In this document: one piece after another, positions 44,340-54,700 of the stretch
Numbering within the stretch: position 1 is the stretch's first letter
Layout of the letters: each line of letters starts with the position of its first letter
Source of the DNA: a virus
Reading direction: 5' to 3' (one strand)
Virus record (IMG/VR): IMGVR_UViG_3300044730_002015
Location: 1 to 64,000 of that record
Length of the DNA stretch: 64,000 bases
Translations under genes and position numbers: made by a program
The notes under the pieces: generated by a model
Told to the model about the DNA's origin: nothing
Seen by the model: only the letters and a program-made list of their open reading frames with translations
Database searches by the model: none

Positions 44340-44531
44340 TTACTTGGCCTTGGCTTCTTTACGTGCGTTTTTTTCTGCTGTGATTTCGTTGCGACGCAGT
44401 TTTATGGCCTTGGCTGCTTCGGCCAGGGCCTTACGAGCACGGGTACCTGCAGCCGAGTTACCGGATTCAAATTTGGCATCTTCTGCTTCCCAGGCTTTGA
44501 CAGCGTCAAGAATGGCTTGTTTGGTTGACAT
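44340..44531 (-). CDS. histone H1-like Hc1-family small DNA-binding protein
   Basis: GNSAAGTRARKAL signature, basic C-terminus; AAGGAG RBS. Confidence 0.7.
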   Translation of the reverse strand: MSTKQAILDAVKAWEAEDAKFESGNSAAGTRARKALAEAAKAIKLRRNEITAEKNARKEAKAK

Positions 44532-44562
44532 ATGTAATTCTCCTTTACAGTATTAGTTAGCA

Positions 44563-45006
44563 TTATAAATCACCTGGCTGACGATTTTCTGAGTACCATG
44601 CTTGGAATTCGCCACCAGGATAACGGTTCTTGAGTTTTTCAATATTTTCAGCTATGACATCATTGGGGTTGAGGTTGAGTGCTCGGCAGGCATTGACCCA
44701 GTACCACATGATATCACCTAATTCGCGTTTCATGTGATATAGATTCACTTCATCCAGGTTCTTGCCTTGGAAAAAGATCTTCTTGGGGATTTCACAAAAT
44801 TCGCCAGATTCTGCTGCCAGTCCCAAACAGGCTGTGAGCAGCAGCGAAACGTTCACATCTGGGCCGTGTCTGGGACCGGTGTCATCAAATGTTTCATAGT
44901 TGCCATCCACACGATCCAGTCGGTTCATGAAAGTGGTCAAATCATTGGATTCGGCGCTGGTCACTTGCCGTACAAATTCTGAATACTTGTCAAGATCAAT
45001 CTGCAT
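44563..45006 (-). CDS. MazG-like nucleoside triphosphate pyrophosphohydrolase
   Basis: GLAAESGEFCEIPKK...RELGDIMWY...NIEKLKNRYP. Confidence 0.88.
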   Translation of the reverse strand: MQIDLDKYSEFVRQVTSAESNDLTTFMNRLDRVDGNYETFDDTGPRHGPDVNVSLLLTACLGLAAESGEFCEIPKKIFFQGKNLDEVNLYHMKRELGDIMWYWVNACRALNLNPNDVIAENIEKLKNRYPGGEFQAWYSENRQPGDL

Positions 45007-45012
45007 AGAGAA

Positions 45013-45053
45013 ACTCCTTTGTCACAGTATAGCATCTGCAGCAAAGGAGTCAA
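45013..45053 (-). promoter_or_regulatory. sigma70-like promoter (TTGACT-16-TATACT, TGn extension) embedded in an RBS-occluding inverted repeat
   Basis: -35 45053-45048, -10 45031-45026; inverted repeat actcctttg (45013-45021) / caaaggagt (45042-45050). Confidence 0.6.
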
Positions 45054-45084
45054 GAGATTTTGGATCTTTAGATCACTAAACGGT

Positions 45085-46332
45085 TTAAGGAATATTCCAG
45101 GAAGTGCTGCCGGTTATGGTGTGGCGCACATACGCTCCGGGATTGTCAGTGATCACCGGCCCAGCTGGGCTAAATGACCCGCGTTGGGTACCACCTGGAT
45201 ATTGTAGCACTACCACACCCGATCCACCGGATCCACCTAATCCTCCCCCTGTGTTCACGGAAGGTCGGGTAGCCGCGGGGCTGGGCCCAGGACCTCGGCT
45301 ATTACCTGATCCACCTCCACCTCCACCGGTGTTGGCTGTACCTGAGGTGGCTGGCGCACTCAGTCTATCTGATAAGTTGGTAGGAGTTGAACCAAAAAGT
45401 GCCCCGGAACCGCCCGCTCCGCCACCACCTAATCCGCCGGCACCTCCTTGGTAGCCTTGGCGAGTGGGCGCGGCACCGCCTCCGCCACCTCCACCACCGT
45501 AATAGGAGCCGGTCAAAGGAGAAAAGAAACCACGTCCACCAAAACCGCCTTCGTTGACAAATGACGGCGGATTATAACGACCGCCCCCGCCTGCTCCCGG
45601 CCTAGGCGATGTTGTATTACTTGCACCTCCGCCACCCCCACCGCTGGTCATTGGAAGCCAATACCAACTGGTTGGTTGGCTTGGAGGAAAAGAACTTATT
45701 TGAACTCTTGGAGCTACCCCACCTGGGCCACCGGGATTTCCACCAGGTGCACCGATGCGCGAATTTCCTGCTACAGAATTACTTGCTGGATAGGTCGGGC
45801 TGCGTATTGTAGCAGGCCAGAATTGAGGCGTAGGCGGCCTTTGTATTGATGACGAAACTCCGCCACCCCCGCCGCTACTTGTTGGAATGAACTGGGGTTG
45901 GTTAATTGCTCCTGGAATGCCTTTGCTGGTATTAGAACTTAAAGTTCCATTGGTTCCCCAACCACGACCACCTCCTCCTCCTCCGCCATAAGCAACCAAT
46001 GATGTGCCAACAAAAGTATTTGACCCCGGAGATCCGTCGGTTAAAAGAGCAGGCGAGGCCGGATCAGATGTTTGTGAACCGCCCAAGCCACCAGCACCAA
46101 TGGTTATGGCCACCGATCCCGGACCAGCAAAATTTAACACACCTGTGACAACTCCACCACCACCACCACCACCGCCCCCGCGCTGGCCACCACCACCACC
46201 GCCACCAACCATTAGATAAGTGACATCTGCAGGACTAGGACTAGGACTAGGACTAGGCGAAGGTGGAGCCGGTACAGGCTCCCCGCCGATGAATATCGAA
46301 GTACCTTTAATTTTTACCTTGTTTAATTTCAT
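45085..46332 (-). CDS. glycine-rich virion protein (Pro/Ser-rich loops)
   Basis: YLMVGGGGGGG start motif, many poly-Gly tracts, GGSGVVVLQY...HTIT end. Confidence 0.75.
   Translation of the reverse strand: MKLNKVKIKGTSIFIGGEPVPAPPSPSPSPSPSPADVTYLMVGGGGGGGQRGGGGGGGGGVVTGVLNFAGPGSVAITIGAGGLGGSQTSDPASPALLTDGSPGSNTFVGTSLVAYGGGGGGGRGWGTNGTLSSNTSKGIPGAINQPQFIPTSSGGGGGVSSSIQRPPTPQFWPATIRSPTYPASNSVAGNSRIGAPGGNPGGPGGVAPRVQISSFPPSQPTSWYWLPMTSGGGGGGASNTTSPRPGAGGGGRYNPPSFVNEGGFGGRGFFSPLTGSYYGGGGGGGGAAPTRQGYQGGAGGLGGGGAGGSGALFGSTPTNLSDRLSAPATSGTANTGGGGGGSGNSRGPGPSPAATRPSVNTGGGLGGSGGSGVVVLQYPGGTQRGSFSPAGPVITDNPGAYVRHTITGSTSWNIP
46231..46257. repeat. (AGGACT)4.5 tandem repeat encoding SPSPSPSP
   Basis: read directly from the sequence. 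Confidence 0.85.
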
Positions 46333-46338
46333 ATTCGT

Positions 46339-46638
46339 TTATGATATACTTGTGACAGTGAAAGTACCAGGTGATGTAAAGGTATGATACGTATAACCGC
46401 CTGCACTGGTAATTGTTCCATCTGTGGCTTTGGTACTACCAGGGTATCTAACTATCACTGTACCCGAACCCCCAGACGCACCCGAAGTGGGCGTAGTACC
46501 AATTCCGCCACCGCCACCACCGCCACCAGCGCCATCATAGGCTCCACCGCCGGCAACCACAATATAATCTATTGCAAGATGTGGTTCGTCTATGTTGGTG
46601 ACGTTGAAATTTACTAGATTCATTCCTTGGATAATCAT
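46339..46638 (-). CDS. miniature glycine-rich paralogue (internally deleted)
   Basis: DYIVVAGGG N-motif joined directly to the GGSGTVIVRY...GGYTYHTFT C-motif. Confidence 0.65.
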   Translation of the reverse strand: MIIQGMNLVNFNVTNIDEPHLAIDYIVVAGGGAYDGAGGGGGGGGIGTTPTSGASGGSGTVIVRYPGSTKATDGTITSAGGYTYHTFTSPGTFTVTSIS

Positions 46639-46698
46639 ATGCCTATTCTATAATATACCTTATTTATTGCTTATAAACCCAGGGAAGATTTGTAGGAA

Positions 46699-46730
46699 AA
46701 TCTGCCCTAGCCAATATGGCAAGGCAGATT
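46699..46730 (-). terminator. hairpin, possible terminator after the sulfation cassette
   Basis: aatctgcc/ggcagatt outer stem with gcca/tggc inner stem; short U-tract. Confidence 0.45.
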
Positions 46731-46756
46731 GTTTCGTTGTGATACTGCGGTGTTGC

Positions 46757-47590
46757 CTACTCTAGGCCCATCTCGCGGCGTATTTTTGTGGCCGAAATAG
46801 CGTGTGTGGCTTCGTCGAATGACTCTTGCTCGATTCGATAGCCTACATCACGTCCGTAGGTGATGTTCACTATGTTGGGCACCAGGATGATTTCGTACTG
46901 TCCTTGATAAACAGGATCTAGATCACGGCGTATAAGTGATTTGACCTGCTCGGCAGCAAAAGGATTGGAGCCTTGCCAGCCCTGGCAGTCACGGATCATG
47001 ATTGCAACCTGACCGGTCTTGGCTATGGCACGCTCAAACAAGGCCCTATGGCCCGCATGCCAAGGCTGCCAGCGACCCAGCATCTGCACAGTTTCTCGCT
47101 GCCAGTCGAACGTGGGCCTGCGACGGTTTTCCAAGATATGGCTGCCCACGAACTCTGCCCACTTTTCTGCTGCCTGTTCAGTGATGCGGAAGTCGTAGAC
47201 TTCGGGTGGGGTGAAAACTTTGTTGGTGTCTTCAAAGCGACCTTTTTCAATGGTGTCAATCCATATGGTCCAATCGGCCTTGAAGTTGTTGCGCATCTCG
47301 GGCAAGGGTGCCACGAAATCCACTATCACAAAATCATTCAAGAATGAATCTGCTAACTCGCGCATACGCAGACTCTGGCGTATGCGTCCTTCGTGTGAGA
47401 AATCCCAGTCATTGTATTTTTTGCGCACATCGTCCGCGTTAATCCATTTGACCTGCGCACGGCTAGCACTGATGTTTTCAGCGTCGGTGTGATACAGATC
47501 GCTGTGTTGTTCCAAATAAGTTTTGAGTCGTTCAGCAAAGTAGGTCTTGCCCGCACCGGGCAAGCCCATGATCAAGATTCTCTGTGCCAT
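46757..47590 (-). CDS. fusion of an APS-kinase (CysC)-like P-loop domain and a HIGH nucleotidyltransferase (ATP-sulfurylase-like) domain
   Basis: MGLPGAGKT, NADDVR...DWDFSHEGRIRQ, VDFVAP (CysC-like); GRWQPWHAGH, YGRDVG, ISATKIR (HIGH/Sat-like). Confidence 0.75.
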   Translation of the reverse strand: MAQRILIMGLPGAGKTYFAERLKTYLEQHSDLYHTDAENISASRAQVKWINADDVRKKYNDWDFSHEGRIRQSLRMRELADSFLNDFVIVDFVAPLPEMRNNFKADWTIWIDTIEKGRFEDTNKVFTPPEVYDFRITEQAAEKWAEFVGSHILENRRRPTFDWQRETVQMLGRWQPWHAGHRALFERAIAKTGQVAIMIRDCQGWQGSNPFAAEQVKSLIRRDLDPVYQGQYEIILVPNIVNITYGRDVGYRIEQESFDEATHAISATKIRREMGLE

Positions 47591-47605
47591 GTTGAGTTGG
47601 GTTGA

Positions 47606-47812
47606 TTAGTTTACGATTTGACCTGCAGAGTCTGCAGTTTGATCATTGGCTGCATCTGTTGCTTCTGCTGGAGCCTGCTCAGGGATCTGAGGACGCACCT
47701 GCTCAATGATGTCACGGATCACTGGGCCAAAGCCAGTTTTGATCGGCAGTTCATTGAGTGCTGTCAAGATAGCATTCAGTTGATCTACGGTTAATTTTAC
47801 GGTTACTTCCAT
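47606..47812 (-). CDS. small acidic hypothetical protein
   Basis: 68 aa; AAGGAG RBS; TAAGTA at 47844-47839. Confidence 0.7.
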   Translation of the reverse strand: MEVTVKLTVDQLNAILTALNELPIKTGFGPVIRDIIEQVRPQIPEQAPAEATDAANDQTADSAGQIVN

Positions 47813-47845
47813 GGACTTCTCCTTGTGGTATAATACTGTACTTAG

Positions 47846-48784
47846 TTAGATAAAAGTAGGTCCCGAATCTTTTGCGTCATCGATCACTTCGCCGAAGAAA
47901 GTCTGTTTGGGCCGAGTGCTGTTACGTGGATGATCTAGATTCTCTTCGTTCAATGGCACATCATCTATTTCACGCCAGAATTCTTGGCCGGCCACTGCAT
48001 CTAATATTTCTTTAGGCAGCACATCTTCGGGATAACTGGCAGTGGATTTCAGCACTTTTCTCACAGCGTGCATGTCTTCAAAGCCATAAACATCTGCATC
48101 ATTTTCCTGATGTATGTTCACTAGATTTTCAAAGTCATGCTCATAGTATGTTTCACCCAAGAAGTCATAAACTTTTTGCATGGTCTCCCTAGGATCAGTG
48201 ACCAAATCTCGATATTCGATAAAGTGTATGTTGGCACGATATCCTTCGGCAAGGGCTTTTTTCAAGCCATCAAAGGACTGGCCCAAGATGCCAGGACCGG
48301 CTATGGCCCTGCAGCGATTCTCGTCATTGAGGGCTATGCCCGATCGTATCAGCATCTGATCCACAAAGTTTATGCGCTCGTTTACTATGTGCGGATTGCG
48401 ATGTATCATGGATATAAAAGACGCCAAGATCTCTGCCACATCACGCACAGGGTACAGCACTTTAGGATGCTCAATACCAAAGTATCCAGGAATGTAGTTC
48501 ATGCGATTGACCCAACTGCGATTCTTTTCAAACACCACAGGTCGGTCTGTGTCAGCATAATACTGATCTATCACAGAAGCGATAAGTTTTTGTCCAAAAT
48601 CATATTTGGGAAATGCCAAAAACAACTCGTCTTGGTTCAGTGCTTCTTCCAACAGCAGCATGGTTGGCACCACTGGTGAACTGGGTCCTGAATAAAATCT
48701 GGGATTCTGATTCAGTATGGCCGACAGCATGGTGCTGCCACTGCGTGGCAGGCCCGACATAAAATAATACTTTTTCTTGGTCAT
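47846..48784 (-). CDS. PAPS-dependent sulfotransferase
   Basis: 5'-PSB loop SGLPRSGSTML, 3'-PB motif VRDVAEILAS, EYRDLVTDP...VYDFLG. Confidence 0.88.
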   Translation of the reverse strand: MTKKKYYFMSGLPRSGSTMLSAILNQNPRFYSGPSSPVVPTMLLLEEALNQDELFLAFPKYDFGQKLIASVIDQYYADTDRPVVFEKNRSWVNRMNYIPGYFGIEHPKVLYPVRDVAEILASFISMIHRNPHIVNERINFVDQMLIRSGIALNDENRCRAIAGPGILGQSFDGLKKALAEGYRANIHFIEYRDLVTDPRETMQKVYDFLGETYYEHDFENLVNIHQENDADVYGFEDMHAVRKVLKSTASYPEDVLPKEILDAVAGQEFWREIDDVPLNEENLDHPRNSTRPKQTFFGEVIDDAKDSGPTFI

Positions 48785-49692
48785 GATTGTCCTTGTAATT
48801 GGTCGGTGGCTGCGATAATTTCTTCAACATTGAAGATCTCTTGATCTTCAGTAAAGGGATACTCGCCTTCGTTGCCGTTGAAGTCAAAGTCAAACAAGTA
48901 ACTGTGCGGCAGTTTGAATTCGTAGGGTATCTTGGTGCAGATGTTGGTGTGCAGGTCATAGCCAAACACCTTGGGACTGGTGCCATTCCACAACACCACA
49001 GAAGGCCGTCTCAGTGCTGCCGCTGTGTGTTGCAAACAACTGTCAATCAGGATGTTTTTTTGGCTGTGCAGCAACAGGCTAAACAGTTCCATGGTGCTGA
49101 GGAATTTCTGTGGGGTAGCAAACACATGGTGAGCACCCTTGAGTTTGGGTGAGTTTATTTTGGTCACTTGATAAATGGTGTAGTCTTTGCGATAGTGATC
49201 TACCAGAGCCTGTCCTATGTTTTCCGGCATGTCTCGGGTCCAGGAATAGGCCTTGGCGTCAGTGGTCATCATTCCACCATTGGTATGCAGTACCATGATG
49301 GGTTTGGTGCCGCGTATCCAATACTTCCTGCTGAGATCCTGTTGCAACTTGTTGAGTTTGACCACAGGAGTTTCGCCTTTGTATTCTATGCCATACATCT
49401 TGCACCAGGTCTGTACCAATGGTAATTTTTGGTGTATATGATCTGTGGTAAAGTAAGGTTCATGATGGAATATCAGAGAATCTTGATCTTTGATGTAATT
49501 TTGATAAAAGTAACTTGTACCACCAATGGTGTACACACGGTCTACAAAATCTAGATTGGTAAACACATCGGGATAGGCGCACACCACTATGAGCTTGCGA
49601 TCTGGATGATTGTTCTTGATGGTACGGGCCACGGCTGTGGCTGCCACGTGTTTGCCTAAACCACCTTGTACATGGAAAATGCTGTATTTCAT
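48781..49692 (-). CDS. GT9 (heptosyltransferase-like) glycosyltransferase
   Basis: GGLGKHVAATAVARTIKNNHPDRKLIV and LIDSCLQHTAAALRRPSVVLW. Confidence 0.75.
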   Translation of the reverse strand: MKYSIFHVQGGLGKHVAATAVARTIKNNHPDRKLIVVCAYPDVFTNLDFVDRVYTIGGTSYFYQNYIKDQDSLIFHHEPYFTTDHIHQKLPLVQTWCKMYGIEYKGETPVVKLNKLQQDLSRKYWIRGTKPIMVLHTNGGMMTTDAKAYSWTRDMPENIGQALVDHYRKDYTIYQVTKINSPKLKGAHHVFATPQKFLSTMELFSLLLHSQKNILIDSCLQHTAAALRRPSVVLWNGTSPKVFGYDLHTNICTKIPYEFKLPHSYLFDFDFNGNEGEYPFTEDQEIFNVEEIIAATDQLQGQS

Positions 49693-51002
49693 TTGAGTCC
49701 TTGTGTATGTCTTTCCAACACAGTAAAGCCATTGTTGTTAGTTTTATGTATGCGGAAGCGCCAGTGCGGATTTTTTATTAGGAATTCAATTATGGCAGTG
49801 AGCAGGCCTTGGCGATCACGACCATCTTCGCCGCACAGGCCAAAGGTGTAAGTGTCATGGAATGCTATGTATCGTCGGGCCTTGTTGCCATGCAAGGCCA
49901 ATTCTTTCTGTAACTGTTCGTAGGTATGCAAGGTGTCAATAAACAGCAAATCCATGGGTTCGACTTCTATATCCAGCACATTGGCTTTGATATATTGAAC
50001 AGACTTTCCCTGTGCCTGGGCTTTGAGGAATAGTTCGCGCACCTTAGGATGCAACTCAATATCAAAACTCAACAATTCAACATCGCTGGCCAAGAATGCA
50101 CGAGTACTCACGCCGGTCCTGACTCCAAACTCCACCACTGTCTTGCACTCTTGGGCCAACTCGTATAGTATGTGTACATTTTCATTGATGTCGCTCACAT
50201 TGGTACGAGCCCAGTGATATTCCTGATCGAATACCGTGGCATTTGTGTTATTGAGCTTTTTTGCCAGCCGCTGCCTACTGTACATATTAATCATGTTCTG
50301 GGGAATATCCCAGTTTTTGCTGTTTTTAAAATGTCCGTAGGCCAAGAGATTTTTACTGTCTAGTTCTATGCGGCAGTTGATCTCACTGTCGGGATCATTG
50401 AACTTGGTCAGCGTTTCTGAGATGGTGCCTTTTATGCGGTTGCTGTTGATGGCAAACACACGTTTGGCTCGTTGTGCAAAATAGTCGTCACCGTACCATA
50501 CCTGATACAAACTGGGAATCTCTTGATAAGATTGTTTCATCATGAACATACAGATACCAAATGCCCAGGCCTGGCCACCAATGGGCTTGGTGTCATCGTA
50601 ATTTAATCTAACAATTTCTTCTGCTGTGTCAATGACATCGTCTATGCGATAATTGTTTTGTCTGCCGCGTAGATTCACACCAATGAGATCGCCGGCTTGA
50701 AATGGAAAATCGCTGACCATGTCAATCACGTCGGCTGATACAACAATGTCATCGTTTATGATGCCCAGGACATGTGACTGAGCCCGATAGTAACCTTCGT
50801 TCCAGGCAGGGTTCACAAAGATATTTTTATTGTATGATACTAACTCTACTTTCACATGGTTCAGCACGGACCATTGGGGTCTAGATTTACGATTGTTATC
50901 AATCACTATGATCTTGGCTATTTTGTCGTGATTGGCGTAGATTTCTAGCGCCTGATCAAAGTCCTTGACCATCCACATGGTGGGAATCACTACATCTATC
51001 AT
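49689..51002 (-). CDS. GT2-like glycosyltransferase fused to a class I methyltransferase (Methyltransf_24-like)
   Basis: VVIPT, IVIDN, IINDDI, YGDD; then VVEFGVRTGVST, DLLFIDTLHTYE, IAFHD. Confidence 0.8.
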   Translation of the reverse strand: MIDVVIPTMWMVKDFDQALEIYANHDKIAKIIVIDNNRKSRPQWSVLNHVKVELVSYNKNIFVNPAWNEGYYRAQSHVLGIINDDIVVSADVIDMVSDFPFQAGDLIGVNLRGRQNNYRIDDVIDTAEEIVRLNYDDTKPIGGQAWAFGICMFMMKQSYQEIPSLYQVWYGDDYFAQRAKRVFAINSNRIKGTISETLTKFNDPDSEINCRIELDSKNLLAYGHFKNSKNWDIPQNMINMYSRQRLAKKLNNTNATVFDQEYHWARTNVSDINENVHILYELAQECKTVVEFGVRTGVSTRAFLASDVELLSFDIELHPKVRELFLKAQAQGKSVQYIKANVLDIEVEPMDLLFIDTLHTYEQLQKELALHGNKARRYIAFHDTYTFGLCGEDGRDRQGLLTAIIEFLIKNPHWRFRIHKTNNNGFTVLERHTQGLK

Positions 51003-51658
51003 AGTTTTTTGTCTTGTTTGAAATCGCCTTTGTACACTTTGTTGCCAATGTGAGAAACTGTGTAGTGTGGATTGACCCAGATATCATAGCCCAGTTCCAA
51101 TATCTTTCGGCTGAGCGTGATATCTTCTCCAACAAATCCACCATTCAATGAACTGTATTCGCAGATGTTGCGCAATTTTTTGCCACGGAATTCTAGTTCT
51201 GGATTGCTGGTCCAAAGATCCTCAACTACTTTGCGAGACATTTTGAGAAAACCAGTGCCGGTTTTTTGTACTTTGAAATAACCATCTGCGGGATCTTTTT
51301 CCATGTTTTGTGGGATCCAGATGTTGTAGGTCAAGGGTTCTTTGTCGCCTTTGTTGACTACTGGTACTGTGATCACATCCTTGTTGGACTTGACAATGTC
51401 AATCAAAACCTGCGCGGTCCAGTACTCATCATCGTCGATGAATACCATGGCGTCATAACCATCTTTGTAGGCAAGATTAAACAGTTCATTCCTGGCCATG
51501 GGCAAGATGCTTTCGTTGGCCAAAAATATGCAGCGTATGTCAATGTTGTGCGCCAGGCCCAGTTTGATTGATTCGCAGAGACTATGCACAAAATAGGCAT
51601 CTACCTTTTGATCCAGGCAGGGAGTTGCTACCAAAACTCGTTTTGTTGTTTTTTCCAT
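50999..51658 (-). CDS. GT-A fold glycosyltransferase-like protein
   Basis: VLVATP, ESILPMARN, VFIDDD, TGTGFL, GEDITLS. Confidence 0.75.
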   Translation of the reverse strand: MEKTTKRVLVATPCLDQKVDAYFVHSLCESIKLGLAHNIDIRCIFLANESILPMARNELFNLAYKDGYDAMVFIDDDEYWTAQVLIDIVKSNKDVITVPVVNKGDKEPLTYNIWIPQNMEKDPADGYFKVQKTGTGFLKMSRKVVEDLWTSNPELEFRGKKLRNICEYSSLNGGFVGEDITLSRKILELGYDIWVNPHYTVSHIGNKVYKGDFKQDKKL

Positions 51659-51721
51659 AAAAAAAGGATCCTTGGGATCCTGGTATACGACCCAGGGTTA
51701 ATATTATGTATCAACCCTGGG
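51659..51721 (-). promoter_or_regulatory. two tandem hairpins plus U7 immediately before the GT cassette
   Basis: cccagggtt/aaccctggg (51691-51721) and aggatcc/ggatcct (51665-51681), then T7 abutting ATG 51658. Confidence 0.5.
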
Positions 51722-51735
51722 CGCGAGTGGAAAAA

Positions 51736-54700
51736 TTATTGGCTTTCTAGTGCTGCTATGCGTGCCTTGAGACTTTCAATTTCTGTGGAAAGTTCATTCA
51801 CAGCATTGACCAATATGGGAACCATGTAATCACTGGTGATCTGCAGTTTGTCGGGATTGTCTGCAGATACCACCACTGGTGAATCGCCTTCTGCGGCCAG
51901 GACGTTTTGAGCACTGAATCCATAGCGTCGTTTGCCATCGGGATCAGTGATACAGCCTGACTCGCGATCTTTGAAACTATACTCAATGGGTTCGATGCTT
52001 TGCAGGAAACCTCGGCCATGTGGCACACGACCATAGATACATTTGTCTCTGCAGTCTGACACAGCAGTCCACGCAATCTGTATCTGAGCACAGGTATGCG
52101 CATTGTTACCCATGATGATACGATTACATTCTGTGGTGATGTTGGCCAAACCAACCGAAGTCAAACCTGTATTACAACCTATGAGAATGTTATTGCAACC
52201 AAAGGAATTGTTACAGCCAGCGTTGGGCCCTATAAAAATGTTATAGCCACCTGATGTATTAAGCTGTCCAGCATATCTACCAATGAATACCGAATTGCAA
52301 CCAAATGTGGTTTTGAAGCCAGCCTTCATACCAATAAAGGTATTGTAGCATCCGCTGACATTGCATTTTCCAGCGCAGAATCCCAGGTAAGAATTGTATC
52401 GACCGAATGTATTACACTGACCGGCCTGGAATCCAATAAAGAGGTTATGGGTACCGGAGACGTTGGCACAGCCAGCCATGTGTCCAATAAAATGATTTCC
52501 GTTACCGGTGGTGTTACAATTGCCAGCTTGGAAGCCCAGAAACACATTATAACTTCCGGTGGAGTTTTTGCGGCCAGCGCCACTACCAATAAAGATGCCA
52601 GTGCCAGTGGTATTGCATACTCCAGCAAGACATCCAATAAAAATATTATCATAACCTTGATTATTTTGACCGGCCTGGGTACCCAGCATGACGGTATATG
52701 AGCCGGTATTATATTCACCTGCTCGCTGTCCTATGTTTACATTACATTTAGAATAATTGCCAGCAGCCATCGAACCGCCGCCGGCATATTGGCCAATACT
52801 GATGTTTACCGTTGTATAGCAACGTCCTGCGAATTTTCCAATGGCAATTGTTCCGCCTGCGTACTGACCCCTAAATGCTGCGCAGTGACCTGCTGCAAAA
52901 AGATCAACACTTTGATTACATTTACCAGCACAAAAACCAAAAATAATGTTATGGCTACCACAAAGTCCATTCATACCACTGCAGCAGAAGAACAGATTAC
53001 AGGTACCAGCACAATATGTTATGGGTCCTGCACCTGCTGCTGCACCATTCACAAACAATCCAGAAGCTGTGACACAAAGTCTTGCTGTACCTGACCCATT
53101 GTCGCCAATGATTACAGTATTGGAGAGGCCGGCTGTTCCCGCCAAACTTGTACCAGCACCAATGATCACATTGCACACACCAGTGGTTACTGCGCACCCT
53201 GCATTGCAACCAATAAAGGTATTTTTAACGCCAGTGGTGTTGCCGTAGCCAGCACATCTGCCAGCGAAGAAGTTGTATGTACCAATGCTATTACAAAAAC
53301 CTGCGGACCTGCCAAGGATAGTATTATCACTGCCGCTGGTACTGTTATAACCAGCACACTGACCAGCCACAAAGTTGTGAGTACCGGTACCGTTACAGTA
53401 ACCAGCCATTCTGCCCATAAAAATATTATAACCACCTGTGGTAGTAAAATTCCCAGCGCAGTTACCAACCATAAAGTTATGACTGGCAGAGGTTTGGCAA
53501 CGTCCCGCATAATAGCCCAATATTGTGTTATAACTACCGGTATTTCTTAATCCTGCTTGTAGCCCCACAAAGAAATTGCCGCTGGCTGTGGTATTATAAA
53601 AACCGGCGCAGTGGCCAAGGAAAACGTTAAAGCTACCAAAGGTGTTGCAAAAACCTGCAGACATACCAATAAAGTTATTGCCGCGTCCGGTGGTGTGATT
53701 AGCACCTGCATTACAACCAATAAACGTATTGCATCTTCCGGTGGTGTTGCAGCAGCCGGCATTGCGTCCTATAAAGACATTGTGACATCCAGCTGTATTG
53801 CGGAAACCAGCACATGCACCGGCAAAGAAGTTGAACTCGCCATAATAACCACCAGCAAAGCCATTGCAGGTACCTGCACAAAAACCTGCAAAAAAGTTGT
53901 TGTTGCCACTACCACCATTGCCCGAAATACAGCTGGTGATGTTTCTTGTGCCACAGGCCACAAATACACTGCTTCCGCCTACAGCGGAACCGTTTACAAA
54001 CAATCCCGAAGCCGTTACGCACAATCTTGCTGTGCCTGACCCATTGTCACCAATGATCACTGTGTTGCTCAACCCAGCTGAGCCTGCCAATGCTGCACCT
54101 GTACCTATGATTACGTTACATATACCTGTGGTTACTGAGCAGCCTGCATCTACTCCTGCCATAACGTTGCAACTACCGCTGTTTAGAAAATAACCTGCAC
54201 CACCGCCTATAAGTACATTCCTTGTTCCAAACGATACATATCGTCCAGCGGCGCCACCGATTAATGTATTAACATCACCCGAAGTTATACTACAACCTGC
54301 GCAGGCTCCAATGACTATGTTATAGGAACCGCTGGCATTTGCTGCACCTCTACCAGCAGTGTCACCAATAAAGATATTTCGACAACCACGAACATGATTA
54401 CATCCAGAATACCTACCAACATAGAGGTTATAGTTGCCAGAGACATTACATTGGCCTGCACAACTGCCCAGGAATATATCATGCGTTCCGAATTCGTTAC
54501 TACGACCAGCAAACTGGCCAACAAAGATGTTATGACTTGTAATTGTGGTAAAGCCAGCACATTGACCAGCGAAGAAATTATGATTTCCACTGCAATTGCC
54601 GGCGCCCGCACAGTTGCCAAAAACTATGTTGTTTGCACCAGTAATATTTTTACATCCCGCACAGGCGCCTATAAAGACATTGTCTGCGCCAGTGGTGTTG

